64,000 nt of DNA from Candidatus Campbellbacteria bacterium (GCA_028817035.1 JAPPQH010000010.1:11546-75545); one strand, 5' to 3'. Positions 9,201 to 18,177 are shown, counted from the first letter of the stretch. Notes: generated by a model from the sequence alone, not told the origin. Program-made: numbers and translations.

Positions 9201-9363
9201 AACATGGGCTTTCTCAAGCCCAATGCTATTTTATAGAATAGCATATATATTGAAAAATATCAAGTACCCATATTTATGGCAAAAACCCTTTTTGCAACTC
9301 TTCGGTTTGGTGGCACAAAGGCACTTTGTGTGGGTGGAGTTGTTGGTCTTATGTTATGAAAAA

Positions 9364-9921
9364 TTATATTGATAGTTTTTTTCTTGCGGTTTCAAATAGA
9401 GTTAGAGTTTCGTCAGACAAAATGAAAGGTATGAAACGCTCTTTGTCTTCTTCGGCGAGTCTCGGAAGTATTTCAACGCTCCACACTTCAAAACCTAATA
9501 TCTCCCCCTCTTCTACGACAAGCGCCTCAATAGGTTGTGTGTGTGTGTATGCGTATTGCGCTCTGATGGTGTTGTTTATTAAACCTGTAGTTGTGTCTAT
9601 GGAACGCTCTGCGCTTTTAGTAAGAAAAATTAGTTCGCTTGAGTCAATGTCAATTCCTGTTTCTTCTCTGCATTCTTTGACGGCTGTTTCCTCGTAGGAC
9701 ATCCCTGGTTCAACATGACCACCCACACTGGCATCCAGTCGGTCTGGATATGTGTCTTTGTTTTTTGCTCTGTGTTGAAAGATAATTTCACCTCTCGGAG
9801 TAAAAAACCAAATATGCACTTCTCTGTGGAGTAGTCCCTCTTTGTGTATCTTTGTGCGATTTTCAAGACCAATAACTTCGTCTTGCTCGTTCACAACTTC
9901 AAGCATCTCATTATTGTTCAT
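9364..9921 (-). CDS. Nudix hydrolase
   Basis: 185 aa; Nudix box GGHVEPGMSYEETAVKECREETGI (Gx5Ex7REUxEExGU). Confidence 0.85.
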   Translation of the reverse strand: MNNNEMLEVVNEQDEVIGLENRTKIHKEGLLHREVHIWFFTPRGEIIFQHRAKNKDTYPDRLDASVGGHVEPGMSYEETAVKECREETGIDIDSSELIFLTKSAERSIDTTTGLINNTIRAQYAYTHTQPIEALVVEEGEILGFEVWSVEILPRLAEEDKERFIPFILSDETLTLFETARKKLSI

Positions 9922-9988
9922 TAGGGTAATTTTAACACGGAAATTTTTACCTCTTAACGAAAAGAAATTGCTCTGTGGGGAAACCCGA

Positions 9989-10399
9989 TCACTCGGCGAG
10001 ATTGAGTTGCCACGAGACGCCGTAGCGGTCTTCTACCCACACAAACAATTTACTAAAGCCGTAGTTGCCTAAGGGCATGTGTTCCCTGCCTTCATTACAG
10101 GGTTCTTTGTGGATATGTCTGATTTCATCTTCACTGTCACACTCAATAAAAATGGAGGTTGCGGGTGTAAATGAGAATTTGTGGTCTGCGGGGTTTTCTG
10201 ATGCCATGTACTCAGTGCCAGCGAGTGTAAACAGTGCAGTTTTGACTTGTCCTGCGACGCCCATTGGCTCATCGCCACTCCACCTTTTAATGCTCTTGAT
10301 TTCTGAGTTTGGTATAAGTGATGTGTAAAATTTTAGCGCTTCTTCTGCCTTACCACATTTATCACCAACAAACATAAGGAATGTTTTTGTTTTTTGCAT
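9989..10399 (-). CDS. VOC-family (PhnB / 3-demethylubiquinone-9 3-methyltransferase-like) protein
   Basis: 136 aa; C-terminal YGFSKLFVWVEDRYGVSWQLN typical of PhnB-like glyoxalase-fold proteins. Confidence 0.7.
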   Translation of the reverse strand: MQKTKTFLMFVGDKCGKAEEALKFYTSLIPNSEIKSIKRWSGDEPMGVAGQVKTALFTLAGTEYMASENPADHKFSFTPATSIFIECDSEDEIRHIHKEPCNEGREHMPLGNYGFSKLFVWVEDRYGVSWQLNLAE

Positions 10400-10485
10400 A
10401 GGGATAATTATATACTATATTTTTTTAACAAACATTGTCTGCCTGTTTTGACTTTTGTGACTTTTATAAATAAACAGCGACCTTG

Positions 10486-10557
10486 TGACCCTACGGGGAA
10501 TCGAACCCCGATTTTCGCCGTGAAAGGGCGATGTCCTGGCCGTTAGACGATAGGGCC
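10486..10557 (-). tRNA. tRNA-Glu (anticodon UUC)
   Basis: Reverse complement folds as GGCCCTA/TAGGGTC acceptor, anticodon stem TCGCC/GGCGA with loop CTTTCAC, T-arm CGGGG-TTCGATT-CCCCG; CCA not encoded. Confidence 0.8.
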
Positions 10558-10612
10558 AATGATAAGATTATACTCTAAAATTATAAACCCTTCCCAGTTA
10601 TGGGAAGGGTTG

Positions 10613-10685
10613 TGACCCAGCGGGGATTTGAACCCCGATTTTCGCCTTGAAAGGGCGATGTCCTCACCGGTTAGACGACAGGGTC
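10613..10685 (-). tRNA. tRNA-Glu (anticodon UUC), second copy with divergent acceptor stem
   Basis: Anticodon arm TCGCC-CTTTCAA-GGCGA; T-arm CGGGG-TTCAAAT-CCCCG; acceptor GACCCTG/CTGGGTC has one T-T mismatch in the canonical register (alternative register GTGACCC/GGGTCAC is perfect but gives non-canonical junctions). Confidence 0.6.
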
Positions 10686-10740
10686 ACGGTTGAAATTGTA
10701 AACCCCTCCCATTTGCGGGAGGGGCTGTATGCAAGGTGAA

Positions 10741-10902
10741 TCACTTCCTGCGGAGTTCCTTGTTGCGTTCCAAACCAAAAGCGACCTCTGGCGGTAGCGG
10801 TAAATCAGAAGGAAGTCCGCATTGATCACAAAAATCCACCGTGGGTTCGTTTTCCTTCAAGCATGTGGAACACTTCCAACCTTCTGCGCCTGCAAGACAC
10901 AT
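10741..10902 (-). CDS. small zinc-ribbon protein (53 aa), unannotated in ORF track
   Basis: Translates MCLAGAEGWKCSTCLKENEPTVDFCDQCGLPSDLPLPPEVAFGLERNKELRRK with CxxC...CxxC; GGAGG 8 nt upstream of ATG; followed by hairpin cccctccc-N6-gggagggg (10702-10728). Confidence 0.35.
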   Translation of the reverse strand: MCLAGAEGWKCSTCLKENEPTVDFCDQCGLPSDLPLPPEVAFGLERNKELRRK

Positions 10903-11052
10903 ATCAGTACCTCCGTTGATTTTTGCAAAAGAACTTTGGGGTTTAACCCATTTTTATATGCTATCATATCTCCCAAAATATGTCAAGTATAAGAAAAGCC
11001 GATAATCAAGCCCATTACCTTAACCTAAATCTTTTAGTATAATTACCATGTT

Positions 11053-11126
11053 GGGCGATTAGCTCAGTTGGCTAGAGCGCTCCCTTGACGTGGGAGAGGT
11101 CACAGGTTCGAATCCTGTATCGCCCA
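11053..11126 (+). tRNA. tRNA-Val (anticodon GAC)
   Basis: GGGCGAT/ATCGCCC acceptor, D-arm GCTC-AGTTGGCTA-GAGC, anticodon arm CTCCC-TTGACGT-GGGAG, T-arm ACAGG-TTCGAAT-CCTGT. Confidence 0.85.
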
Positions 11127-11174
11127 CATTCTCATATTTACATTTACACTTAATTATCATATTATATTATTTAT

Positions 11175-11792
11175 ATGAATAAACAAAAAATTCTATTGGT
11201 TTTAGTTGCTTTGGTTGTCGGAGTTGTGGGCGGTTTTGGCGGTGCTTATATGTTTGAATCTTTGGGTGATAAAAACCAAAACAAATTGATAAAAGATTAT
11301 TACTTGGTTGAGAATGCTGTTGGTGTGAGTCCGCATGGCTTGAGATTGAGGATGGATAAGGGTGATCAGACATTTATACTTGTTGATTTAAGAAGTCAGG
11401 AGGAATATGAAAGAGAGCACATCACGGGTGCGATAAATATCCCTGCATATAGTGATAAGTTTACAAGTGCGTATCATGAGGTGGAGAGGATTGTTGGTTC
11501 TTTTAGGGAGTTGCCAGAAGACAAGGAGATAATAACATATTGCTATAGTGTTCCGTGTATGACGAGTCGCAGAATTGGAAAGCTACTTGTTGAAAATGAT
11601 ATTTATGTTAAGCATCTTAATATAGGTTGGAATGAGTGGAGATATTTTTGGAATTTATGGAATGTTGAGCATGAACTTGCAGATACAAGTCCAGAGCAAT
11701 ATGTAACAGAGGGTCCCGAGCCAGGTGTCCTTGAAAATGCAAATCCTTTCCTTATTGACACAGGATGCACGGCAGGTGAATTTGGGTGTTAA
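11175..11792 (+). CDS. rhodanese-domain sulfurtransferase (membrane-anchored)
   Basis: 205 aa; N-terminal TM; rhodanese fold FILVDLRSQEEYEREHITGAINIP with active-site Cys loop ITYCYSVPCMTS. Confidence 0.75.
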   Translation: MNKQKILLVLVALVVGVVGGFGGAYMFESLGDKNQNKLIKDYYLVENAVGVSPHGLRLRMDKGDQTFILVDLRSQEEYEREHITGAINIPAYSDKFTSAYHEVERIVGSFRELPEDKEIITYCYSVPCMTSRRIGKLLVENDIYVKHLNIGWNEWRYFWNLWNVEHELADTSPEQYVTEGPEPGVLENANPFLIDTGCTAGEFGC

Positions 11793-11798
11793 GGTTTT

Positions 11799-12971
11799 AT
11801 GAGGTTGTTCGCTATTGAGACAAGTTGCGATGAAACTGCTGTTTGTTTTTTGGATGCGGTAGAGAAAGATGGTGGCGATCACAAGATAGAGGTTCTGTCT
11901 CATATATTAATCTCACAGGCAGAGAAACACGCTGAATATGGTGGCGTGTTCCCTACTCTTGCGAAACGCGAGCATGCTAAAAATCTTGTTCCCATCACTT
12001 TGAAAGCGCTTGAAGAGGTGGGTGTAGAAAAGGTTGGCGACAGGGTTATGGATAAAAATGATGAGGAGAAAATTGGAAAAATTCTTGAACGGGAGGAGGA
12101 GTTAAAGGAAAGTTTTATTGAGGAAATTGCGAAGTGTGGGGTGCCTGATGTGGATGCTATCGCTGTTTGTGTCGGTCCTGGTTTAGAGCCAACCCTTTGG
12201 GTGGGTATCAATTTTGCAGAGGCGCTTTCTGTTTTGTGGGATAAGCCGATAATACCTGTGAATCATATGGAGGGACACATTGTGTCTTCATTTTTTGATA
12301 ACAATACTTTGAAAAAATTTCCTATGCCGTTGCTTTCGCTTTTAATTTCTGGAGGACATACAGAGCTTGTCCTTTCAGAGAAACAAAATGATTATAGAAA
12401 AATTGGTTCCACGAGAGATGATGCTGTTGGTGAGAGTTTTGACAAGGTGGCGAGGCTTCTTGGTCTTTCTTATCCAGGGGGTCCTGAGGTGGCAAGGTTG
12501 GCAAGTCTATCACGCACAAGGGCTAAAAAGATTGATGTGAGATTTCCACGCCCAATGATAAAAGATGATGGTTTTGATTTCTCTTTCTCTGGTCTTAAAA
12601 CAGCGGTCAGGTATTTTGTTGAGGGAAAAAATTTAACTGATGCGGAGAAAGAAGATGTTGCTTGTGAGTTTGAGGATGCAGTCACAGAGGTCCTTGTGAC
12701 AAAGACAAAAATGGCTATTTTGAAACACCGACCGAGTGCGCTTGCCGTTGGCGGTGGCGTGGCTGCAAACAAGAATATAAAGGAGGCTATGACAAAGATG
12801 GTGGCGGAGCTTGATTTCCCTGTTTCGCTCCACATACCAAAACCAAAAGATGCGACTGACAACGCGATAATGATTGGTCTGTCGGGTTATCTCAACTCAA
12901 TGCAGAAAGATTATGGAATGGCTGTGTATGAGATAAGGGCTGACAGTTCCCTCTCATATCTAAAAAACTGA
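11799..12971 (+). CDS. tsaD: tRNA N6-adenosine threonylcarbamoyltransferase TsaD (Kae1/Gcp family)
   Basis: 390 aa; N-terminal IETSCDETAV and metal-binding region, 6-nt gap after rhodanese gene. Confidence 0.9.
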   Translation: MRLFAIETSCDETAVCFLDAVEKDGGDHKIEVLSHILISQAEKHAEYGGVFPTLAKREHAKNLVPITLKALEEVGVEKVGDRVMDKNDEEKIGKILEREEELKESFIEEIAKCGVPDVDAIAVCVGPGLEPTLWVGINFAEALSVLWDKPIIPVNHMEGHIVSSFFDNNTLKKFPMPLLSLLISGGHTELVLSEKQNDYRKIGSTRDDAVGESFDKVARLLGLSYPGGPEVARLASLSRTRAKKIDVRFPRPMIKDDGFDFSFSGLKTAVRYFVEGKNLTDAEKEDVACEFEDAVTEVLVTKTKMAILKHRPSALAVGGGVAANKNIKEAMTKMVAELDFPVSLHIPKPKDATDNAIMIGLSGYLNSMQKDYGMAVYEIRADSSLSYLKN

Positions 12972-13017
12972 GATTTACAAATTAGGAAAAACTAAATAAA
13001 TTGTATATTATATAGAT

Positions 13018-15216
13018 ATGGACGAGAAATTTTTGTCACCTTACGACCCTAAAAAATACGAGGGCGAGATTTATAAAAAATGGGAAAATAGCGGTTATTT
13101 TAACCCTGACAAGTGTGTAGCAGATGGTATCACAAGCCCTGATGCAGAGCCTTTTTGTATAGTTCTTCCCCCTCCAAATGTAACAGGTGTTTTGCATACC
13201 GGTCATGCTATGGTTGTTGCGGTTGAGGATCTTTTGATTCGCTACAACAGGATGAAGGGAAAAAGGACTCTGTGGATTCCAGGGACAGACCACGCTGCCA
13301 TCGCGACACAGGCGAAGGTGGAGAAGATTTTATACAAAGAGGAGAAAAAAACAAAGGAGGATTTGGGTAGAGAGAAATTTTTAGAATTGGTTAAAAAATT
13401 TGCAAAAGATAATTACAACACAATAGTTAGCCAGATAAGAAGGTCTGCTGCATCTCTTGATTGGAGTCGCGAGGCATACACACTTGATGAAAAGAGAGAG
13501 AAAGCAGTTTATACCGCTTTCAAAAGAATGTATGATGCAGGAATTATTTATCGTGGTAATCGCATAGTTAATTGGGATCCAAAATTGAAGACTTCTGTTT
13601 CTAATGATGAGATTGAATACAAGCAGGAGGTCTCCCCTTTTTATTATTTGAAATATGGACCGTTTGTTATTGGAACTTCAAGACCAGAAACAAAGTTTGG
13701 TGATAAATATGTGGTTGTTCATCCAGATGACAAAAGATACACGGAATACAAGCATGGACAAAAGATAAGTGTGGATTGGATAAATGGAAAGGTTGAGGCG
13801 ACAGTAATAAAAGATGAGTCAATTGATATGGAACTTGGAACAGGTGCGATGACTATAACCCCATGGCATGATGAAACTGACTATGAGATAGCAGAGAGGC
13901 ACAATCTTGATAAAGAACAGATTATTGATTTTAGGGGCGTCCTGCTCCCTATCGCCGGCGAGTTTGAGGGGATGCATATTAAAAAAGCAAGGGATAAGAT
14001 AGTAGAGAAATTCAAATCTCTTGGTCTGCTTGAAAAGATTGACGAAAAATACGAGCATAACATAGCGACAAATTCAAGGGGTGGTGGGATAATTGAGCCA
14101 CAGATAAAAGAGCAATGGTTTCTGGGGCTTGAAAGAGAGTTTGTCCTTGAGAAGTCAAATATAAAAGGGGTTAAATCGGGAGATAAAACAACGCTCAAAA
14201 AAATATTGTTGTGTGCTGTTGAAAATGGTCAGATAGAGATTTTGCCTGAGAGATATTCAAAAGTTTATTTTAATTGGATAAATAATATAAAAGATTGGTG
14301 CATCAGCAGACAGATATGGTTTGGGCATCGCATACCTGTATGGTATAAAGGTGATGATATACATTGTGACGCTGTTGCGCCTAAGGGTGATGGATGGGAA
14401 CAGGATTCTGACACATTGGACACATGGTTTTCTTCTGGGCTGTGGACTTTCTCAACACTTGGATGGCCAGACACAAAAGAAAAAGATTTTCAGGTGTATC
14501 ACCCTACCTCAACCCTTACGACTGGTTATGATATTTTAATTTTTTGGATTGTTAGGATGATACTTATGAGTGGTTTTTGTGTTGGCGATATTCCCTTTAA
14601 GACCGTATATCTGAATGGTCTTGTGAGAGATGAAAAAGGAAGGAAGATGAGTAAGTCGCTTGGCAACGCCATCAACCCTATTGATGTGATAGAGAAATAT
14701 GGAAATGATGCTCTTCGTTTTTCTATTCTTGTAAGCTCTACCCCAGGAAATGATCTGAATTTTTCAGATGACAGAGTGAAGTCGGCAAAACATTTTGCTA
14801 ACAAGATATGGAATATAACAAGGTTTATTCTTTCAAATATGCCTTCAAATTATGATTTTGAAAAAGATGTGGAATTTACAGACAAAGATTTGGTGCTGCA
14901 TAAAGAACTTCAAGTCCATATAAAACATGTTACTGACAATATTGATTCTTACTCATTTCACCTTGCGGCTGAGAAGTTGTATGCTTATGTCTGGCACAAT
15001 TTGGCGGATGTCATAATTGAAGAAAGCAAGGAGGTGTTGAACGGGCAGGACGAAGCCGCAAAGCAATCACGGGCAAGGGTGCTTTATGAAATCCTTACCA
15101 CAAACCTTAAAATGCTCCACCCGTTTATGCCGTCTATAACTGAGGAAATATGGTCTTCCCTGCCTCATAAAAATATGGACTTGCTTATGGTTGAAAAATG
15201 GCCCAAGTTGTCATAA
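13018..15216 (+). CDS. valS: valine--tRNA ligase (compact form)
   Basis: 732 aa class I aaRS; PPPNVTGVLHTGHA (HIGH) typical of ValRS and KMSKS (RKMSKSLGN); shorter than typical ValRS (no C-terminal coiled coil). Confidence 0.75.
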   Translation: MDEKFLSPYDPKKYEGEIYKKWENSGYFNPDKCVADGITSPDAEPFCIVLPPPNVTGVLHTGHAMVVAVEDLLIRYNRMKGKRTLWIPGTDHAAIATQAKVEKILYKEEKKTKEDLGREKFLELVKKFAKDNYNTIVSQIRRSAASLDWSREAYTLDEKREKAVYTAFKRMYDAGIIYRGNRIVNWDPKLKTSVSNDEIEYKQEVSPFYYLKYGPFVIGTSRPETKFGDKYVVVHPDDKRYTEYKHGQKISVDWINGKVEATVIKDESIDMELGTGAMTITPWHDETDYEIAERHNLDKEQIIDFRGVLLPIAGEFEGMHIKKARDKIVEKFKSLGLLEKIDEKYEHNIATNSRGGGIIEPQIKEQWFLGLEREFVLEKSNIKGVKSGDKTTLKKILLCAVENGQIEILPERYSKVYFNWINNIKDWCISRQIWFGHRIPVWYKGDDIHCDAVAPKGDGWEQDSDTLDTWFSSGLWTFSTLGWPDTKEKDFQVYHPTSTLTTGYDILIFWIVRMILMSGFCVGDIPFKTVYLNGLVRDEKGRKMSKSLGNAINPIDVIEKYGNDALRFSILVSSTPGNDLNFSDDRVKSAKHFANKIWNITRFILSNMPSNYDFEKDVEFTDKDLVLHKELQVHIKHVTDNIDSYSFHLAAEKLYAYVWHNLADVIIEESKEVLNGQDEAAKQSRARVLYEILTTNLKMLHPFMPSITEEIWSSLPHKNMDLLMVEKWPKLS

Positions 15217-15259
15217 ATTGTGATACAATTTTTAATAAGTAAGATTTTTTAAAATAAAT

Positions 15260-15742
15260 ATGAAAAATAAAAAAAGCAAAAAGAAAAAAGGGTTCAGTTT
15301 TTTTGAGTTGTTGACTGGGACAAACGAAGACGAACTGGAAGAGGAACTAAGTGATGAAGAAGAAGTAGAAGGGGGTGAAACAAGCAGGGCTTTACCTCAA
15401 AATGAAGATGAGGAGCGACACTTGCCGGTTGATTTGATAAACACGCCAGACGACATAATAATCAGAGCAAATCTTGCAGGGATTAACCCCGACAATATAG
15501 ATCTTTCAGTATCAAGAGAGGTTATTATAATTACCGCGAAAAATGCAAGAAAGCATGAAGAACAAGAATGTGATTATTTTTATCAAGAATTATATTGGGG
15601 AACTTTATCAAGGACTATTGTTCTGCCACAGGAAATAGAGGTAGAAGATGTTACTGCAGATACAAAGAATGGGATGCTTACCATTGTGCTTCCAAAAATA
15701 GATAAAGATAAAAAGACAAAGGTTAGGGTTTCTAAGAGATAA
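15260..15742 (+). CDS. Hsp20/alpha-crystallin family small heat-shock protein
   Basis: 160 aa; acidic N-terminus then alpha-crystallin domain LPVDLINTPDDIIIRANLAGINPDNIDLSV...GMLTIVLPK. Confidence 0.85.
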   Translation: MKNKKSKKKKGFSFFELLTGTNEDELEEELSDEEEVEGGETSRALPQNEDEERHLPVDLINTPDDIIIRANLAGINPDNIDLSVSREVIIITAKNARKHEEQECDYFYQELYWGTLSRTIVLPQEIEVEDVTADTKNGMLTIVLPKIDKDKKTKVRVSKR

Positions 15743-15751
15743 AAATAAAAA

Positions 15752-15794
15752 GGCATCGCCTCCAAAACCACTTGTGGTTTTTTCAGCGATGCCC
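15752..15794 (+). terminator. nested-hairpin terminator after hsp20
   Basis: ggcatcgc...gcgatgcc outer stem enclosing aaaacca-cttg-tggtttt followed by T-run. Confidence 0.55.
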
Positions 15795-15808
15795 GCCCTT
15801 GCGTGCGG

Positions 15809-16054
15809 CTATCCGCTTATGGGATTCTCCTGCAAGAGTTGTTCGCAGTAGGCTGCGACCTGAGGGTCCCTCTTTCGCATCTCCTGCCTATCGTCGGAAG
15901 ACAGTGCTCTATATGTGCGAAGCAACTCCGTGTCCTTCTGGGGTCTTATCAACCACAAAAGAAATGTCTCCATGCTAACTGAACGGTCGTACTCTATGGG
16001 CTCTACAGCCACACTAGAATCCATCCCTTCTGGGATGTGCTCTACAGTTTTCAT
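15809..16054 (-). CDS. small hypothetical protein in GC-rich patch (start moved to RBS-supported ATG)
   Basis: ORF track 15809..16099; internal Met (MKTVEH...) preceded by AAGGAGG at 7 nt and a TTGACA -35 element upstream; GC content well above background. Confidence 0.4.
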   Translation of the reverse strand: MKTVEHIPEGMDSSVAVEPIEYDRSVSMETFLLWLIRPQKDTELLRTYRALSSDDRQEMRKRDPQVAAYCEQLLQENPISG

Positions 16055-16448
16055 ACCTTTTTCCTCCTTTTGAAGAATGAAAAGTTCAGTGATGGACAAA
16101 CTGCCATCTTCTATAATGTTACTACAAACTCTTTAATTTGTCAAGTAGTTCCAAAAATGAAAAGATCCAAGCGGAATGCTTGGCTCTTTGGTTCAACTGC
16201 AGGACGAGAAAATGCAGACCGCAGCATCAGCGATATAAACGGTTGTTATCAAAGCGATGACGGTAATCAAGGACTTGTCAAAATCGTCAAAACCTGAGTC
16301 TTCTGAGGTATGTTTTTCATTCATACCATTTACCCTCCTGTTTTGAAAAGATTATTCGGCAACGAGTTGCCTTCTATTATTAAGTATAGGGTATATAAAT
16401 GTTGGTGTCAAATGAAAAGAGCCAAGCAAATGGAATAGATTGGAATGT

Positions 16449-16611
16449 GTAAGTCTGACCGCAACGAGCCTGCGAGTTGCGTCAAGCGTTCAAATAGTGA
16501 AGTAATGGGTTGGAGGGCGTGAAACTTGACCTTTGCGAGCTTGCGAGCAAAATCAAGCGAGTGGCGAAGCCACGAGCGATAATAAATAAGGTGTGCCGAG
16601 AGTGGGTCTCG
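16449..16611. repeat. diverged tandem copy of the tRNA-Phe 3'-flank, ending in a 19-nt duplicate of the tRNA-Phe 3' end (gtgccgagagtgggtctcg, 16593-16611)
   Basis: taagtctgaccgcaacgagcctgcgagttgcgtcaagcg at 16449-16487 and 16704-16742; gtgccgagagtgggtctcg at 16593-16611 and 16787-16805 (the latter inside tRNA-Phe). Confidence 0.6.
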
Positions 16612-16786
16612 GCGTCAAGTTTCTAAACTCGCTATCGCTCGTTAAGAACTTCCTGCCCAAATTTGCGATATAGCAAAAGTGATAGATTGGGAGAGAATAA
16701 GTCTGACCGCAACGAGCCTGCGAGTTGCGTCAAGCGAACAGCGGAGCTGTTCGCGTTAATAAATAGAAGCGAGTGAAACGAGCGAG

Positions 16787-16859
16787 TGCCGAGAGTGGGT
16801 CTCGAACCCACGACCCCTTGTTCTTCAGACAAGTGCTCTACCAACTGAGCTATCTCGGC
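16787..16859 (-). tRNA. tRNA-Phe (anticodon GAA)
   Basis: Reverse complement: GCCGAGA/TCTCGGC acceptor, D-arm GCTC-AGTTGGTA-GAGC, anticodon arm CTTGT-CTGAAGA-ACAAG, T-arm GTGGG-TTCGAGA-CCCAC, discriminator A. Confidence 0.85.
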
Positions 16860-16868
16860 GGATTTTGG

Positions 16869-17183
16869 TTAGTTCTCTTTATTTTCAGGTGGAACGACAA
16901 GATTGTCAATCACTTCAACAACGGCTTTATATCTTTCTGTTTCATCTTCTATTTTTTCTTCAACACTTTCAACTTTCTGTTCAAATGCCCTGAACACATC
17001 TATTGCTGGGACAACAAAATTTATAGTTCCGTAGTAACCAAAAGCAATCACGATTATAATAAACAAAAAACGAATTATGCTCCCTATCGCAGTGGATCTC
17101 CTGAGAGCACGCAACAATCTATAGTTCTCACGAGATAACTTTATGTTTTGTTTCAATAGTTTTTCTATTTCTTCGTTGTTCAT
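16869..17183 (-). CDS. hypothetical small membrane protein with coiled-coil
   Basis: 104 aa, one central TM segment, no motif. Confidence 0.4.
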   Translation of the reverse strand: MNNEEIEKLLKQNIKLSRENYRLLRALRRSTAIGSIIRFLFIIIVIAFGYYGTINFVVPAIDVFRAFEQKVESVEEKIEDETERYKAVVEVIDNLVVPPENKEN

Positions 17184-17209
17184 TTTAATCTTGTTTATTC
17201 CGAACTCCC

Positions 17210-17283
17210 TGGTCTCCCTGCCAGGAATCGAACCTGAATCTGATCCTTAGGAGGGATCTGTTTTTCCCTTAAACTACAGGGAG
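17210..17283 (-). tRNA. tRNA-Arg (anticodon CCU), CCA encoded
   Basis: Reverse complement: CTCCCTG/CAGGGAG acceptor, anticodon arm GATCC-CTCCTAA-GGATC, T-arm TCAGG-TTCGATT-CCTGG, discriminator A followed by genomically encoded CCA. Confidence 0.8.
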
Positions 17284-17291
17284 CTTGATTG

Positions 17292-17528
17292 TTATAATCC
17301 CAACGCTTTCTTCAACGCATCTTCATCAAAACCTATAATCATTTCTTCACCAACAAATGTAACCGGTATGTGTGCTTGACCGCTGCGTTCTGTTAATTCT
17401 GCCCTCTTTTCTTCGTCTTCAAGAATGTTGATTTCTTTGAAATCTATTTTATTTTCTTCCAAAAAATCTTTCACCTGAACACAGAAAGGACAGGTTGGGC
17501 TGCTGTAAACTTCTACTTTTTTATCCAT
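17292..17528 (-). CDS. glutaredoxin (NrdH/Grx-like thioredoxin-fold protein)
   Basis: 78 aa; CPFC active site (YSSPTCPFCVQVKDFL). Confidence 0.8.
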   Translation of the reverse strand: MDKKVEVYSSPTCPFCVQVKDFLEENKIDFKEINILEDEEKRAELTERSGQAHIPVTFVGEEMIIGFDEDALKKALGL

Positions 17529-17583
17529 ATTTATTACTGATAAATCTTAATTTAATTGTAATAATATAGAAAGTATACCACTT

Positions 17584-17979
17584 TTAGAAAGAGACATCAA
17601 AGGAATATGTGCTGTCTTTAGGAAAGGTTTTTGGTTTATTATCGCCATTTTTCCTCTCTTTCTCATATATGAGAATGAGCTTTTCGCCCTCACCTGATAT
17701 ATTCAAGTAATCGCGGATTTTCTGCTCACGGCTGAATGGGTTTTTTAGGTTTTCTATTTCCGCCATAATTGATGCGTTATGCTGGCTTGTTTCTATGAGT
17801 TTGTTGGTATGTACCCTGTCTATTCTCCACGCATATATGGTCTTTTTTGCGGAATCTATAAGTGAAGGAAGGAGTATGAGGATAAACAACAGCAAAACAC
17901 CATAGTGGAAGATGCTGGATTTAAAGAAACTGCGTTTATAAAATCTTCGCCTTAATGTCATACTAATATGATATAACAA
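17584..17979 (-). CDS. hypothetical single-TM protein, possibly FtsL/DivIC-like septum formation initiator
   Basis: 131 aa; basic N-terminus, one TM, short extracytoplasmic coiled-coil region; weak assignment. Confidence 0.3.
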   Translation of the reverse strand: MLYHISMTLRRRFYKRSFFKSSIFHYGVLLLFILILLPSLIDSAKKTIYAWRIDRVHTNKLIETSQHNASIMAEIENLKNPFSREQKIRDYLNISGEGEKLILIYEKERKNGDNKPKTFPKDSTYSFDVSF

Positions 17980-18148
17980 AAATGCTGATTAATGTGATAT
18001 AATTAGGAAATAATAAATGTATTAAGAATACTATGGAAAAAATGAGAAAAATAATAGCGACAATAATAGCGATATTGCTCGCGATAATAATGATAGCTTC
18101 TTTATTCCTGCCGTTCTTCTATTAATATTTGCAGTATTTATAGGGGGG

Positions 18149-18177
18149 TTGACAAGATTGGGGTTGTTTGATATACT
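18149..18177 (+). promoter_or_regulatory. sigma70-type promoter TTGACA-N17-TATACT for first REC/zinc-finger gene
   Basis: Direct reading 18149-18154 TTGACA, 18172-18177 TATACT; the whole promoter/5'UTR block is duplicated at 19164-19330. Confidence 0.55.

Noticed and set aside
10613-10685. Second tRNA considered as tRNA-Gln
   Set aside because: The anticodon loop reads CUUUCAA, that is UUC (Glu) and not UUG/CUG, so it is kept as Glu with reduced confidence.
16632-16844. 70-aa minus-strand ORF
   Set aside because: It overlaps the tRNA-Phe gene and the duplicated flank repeats.
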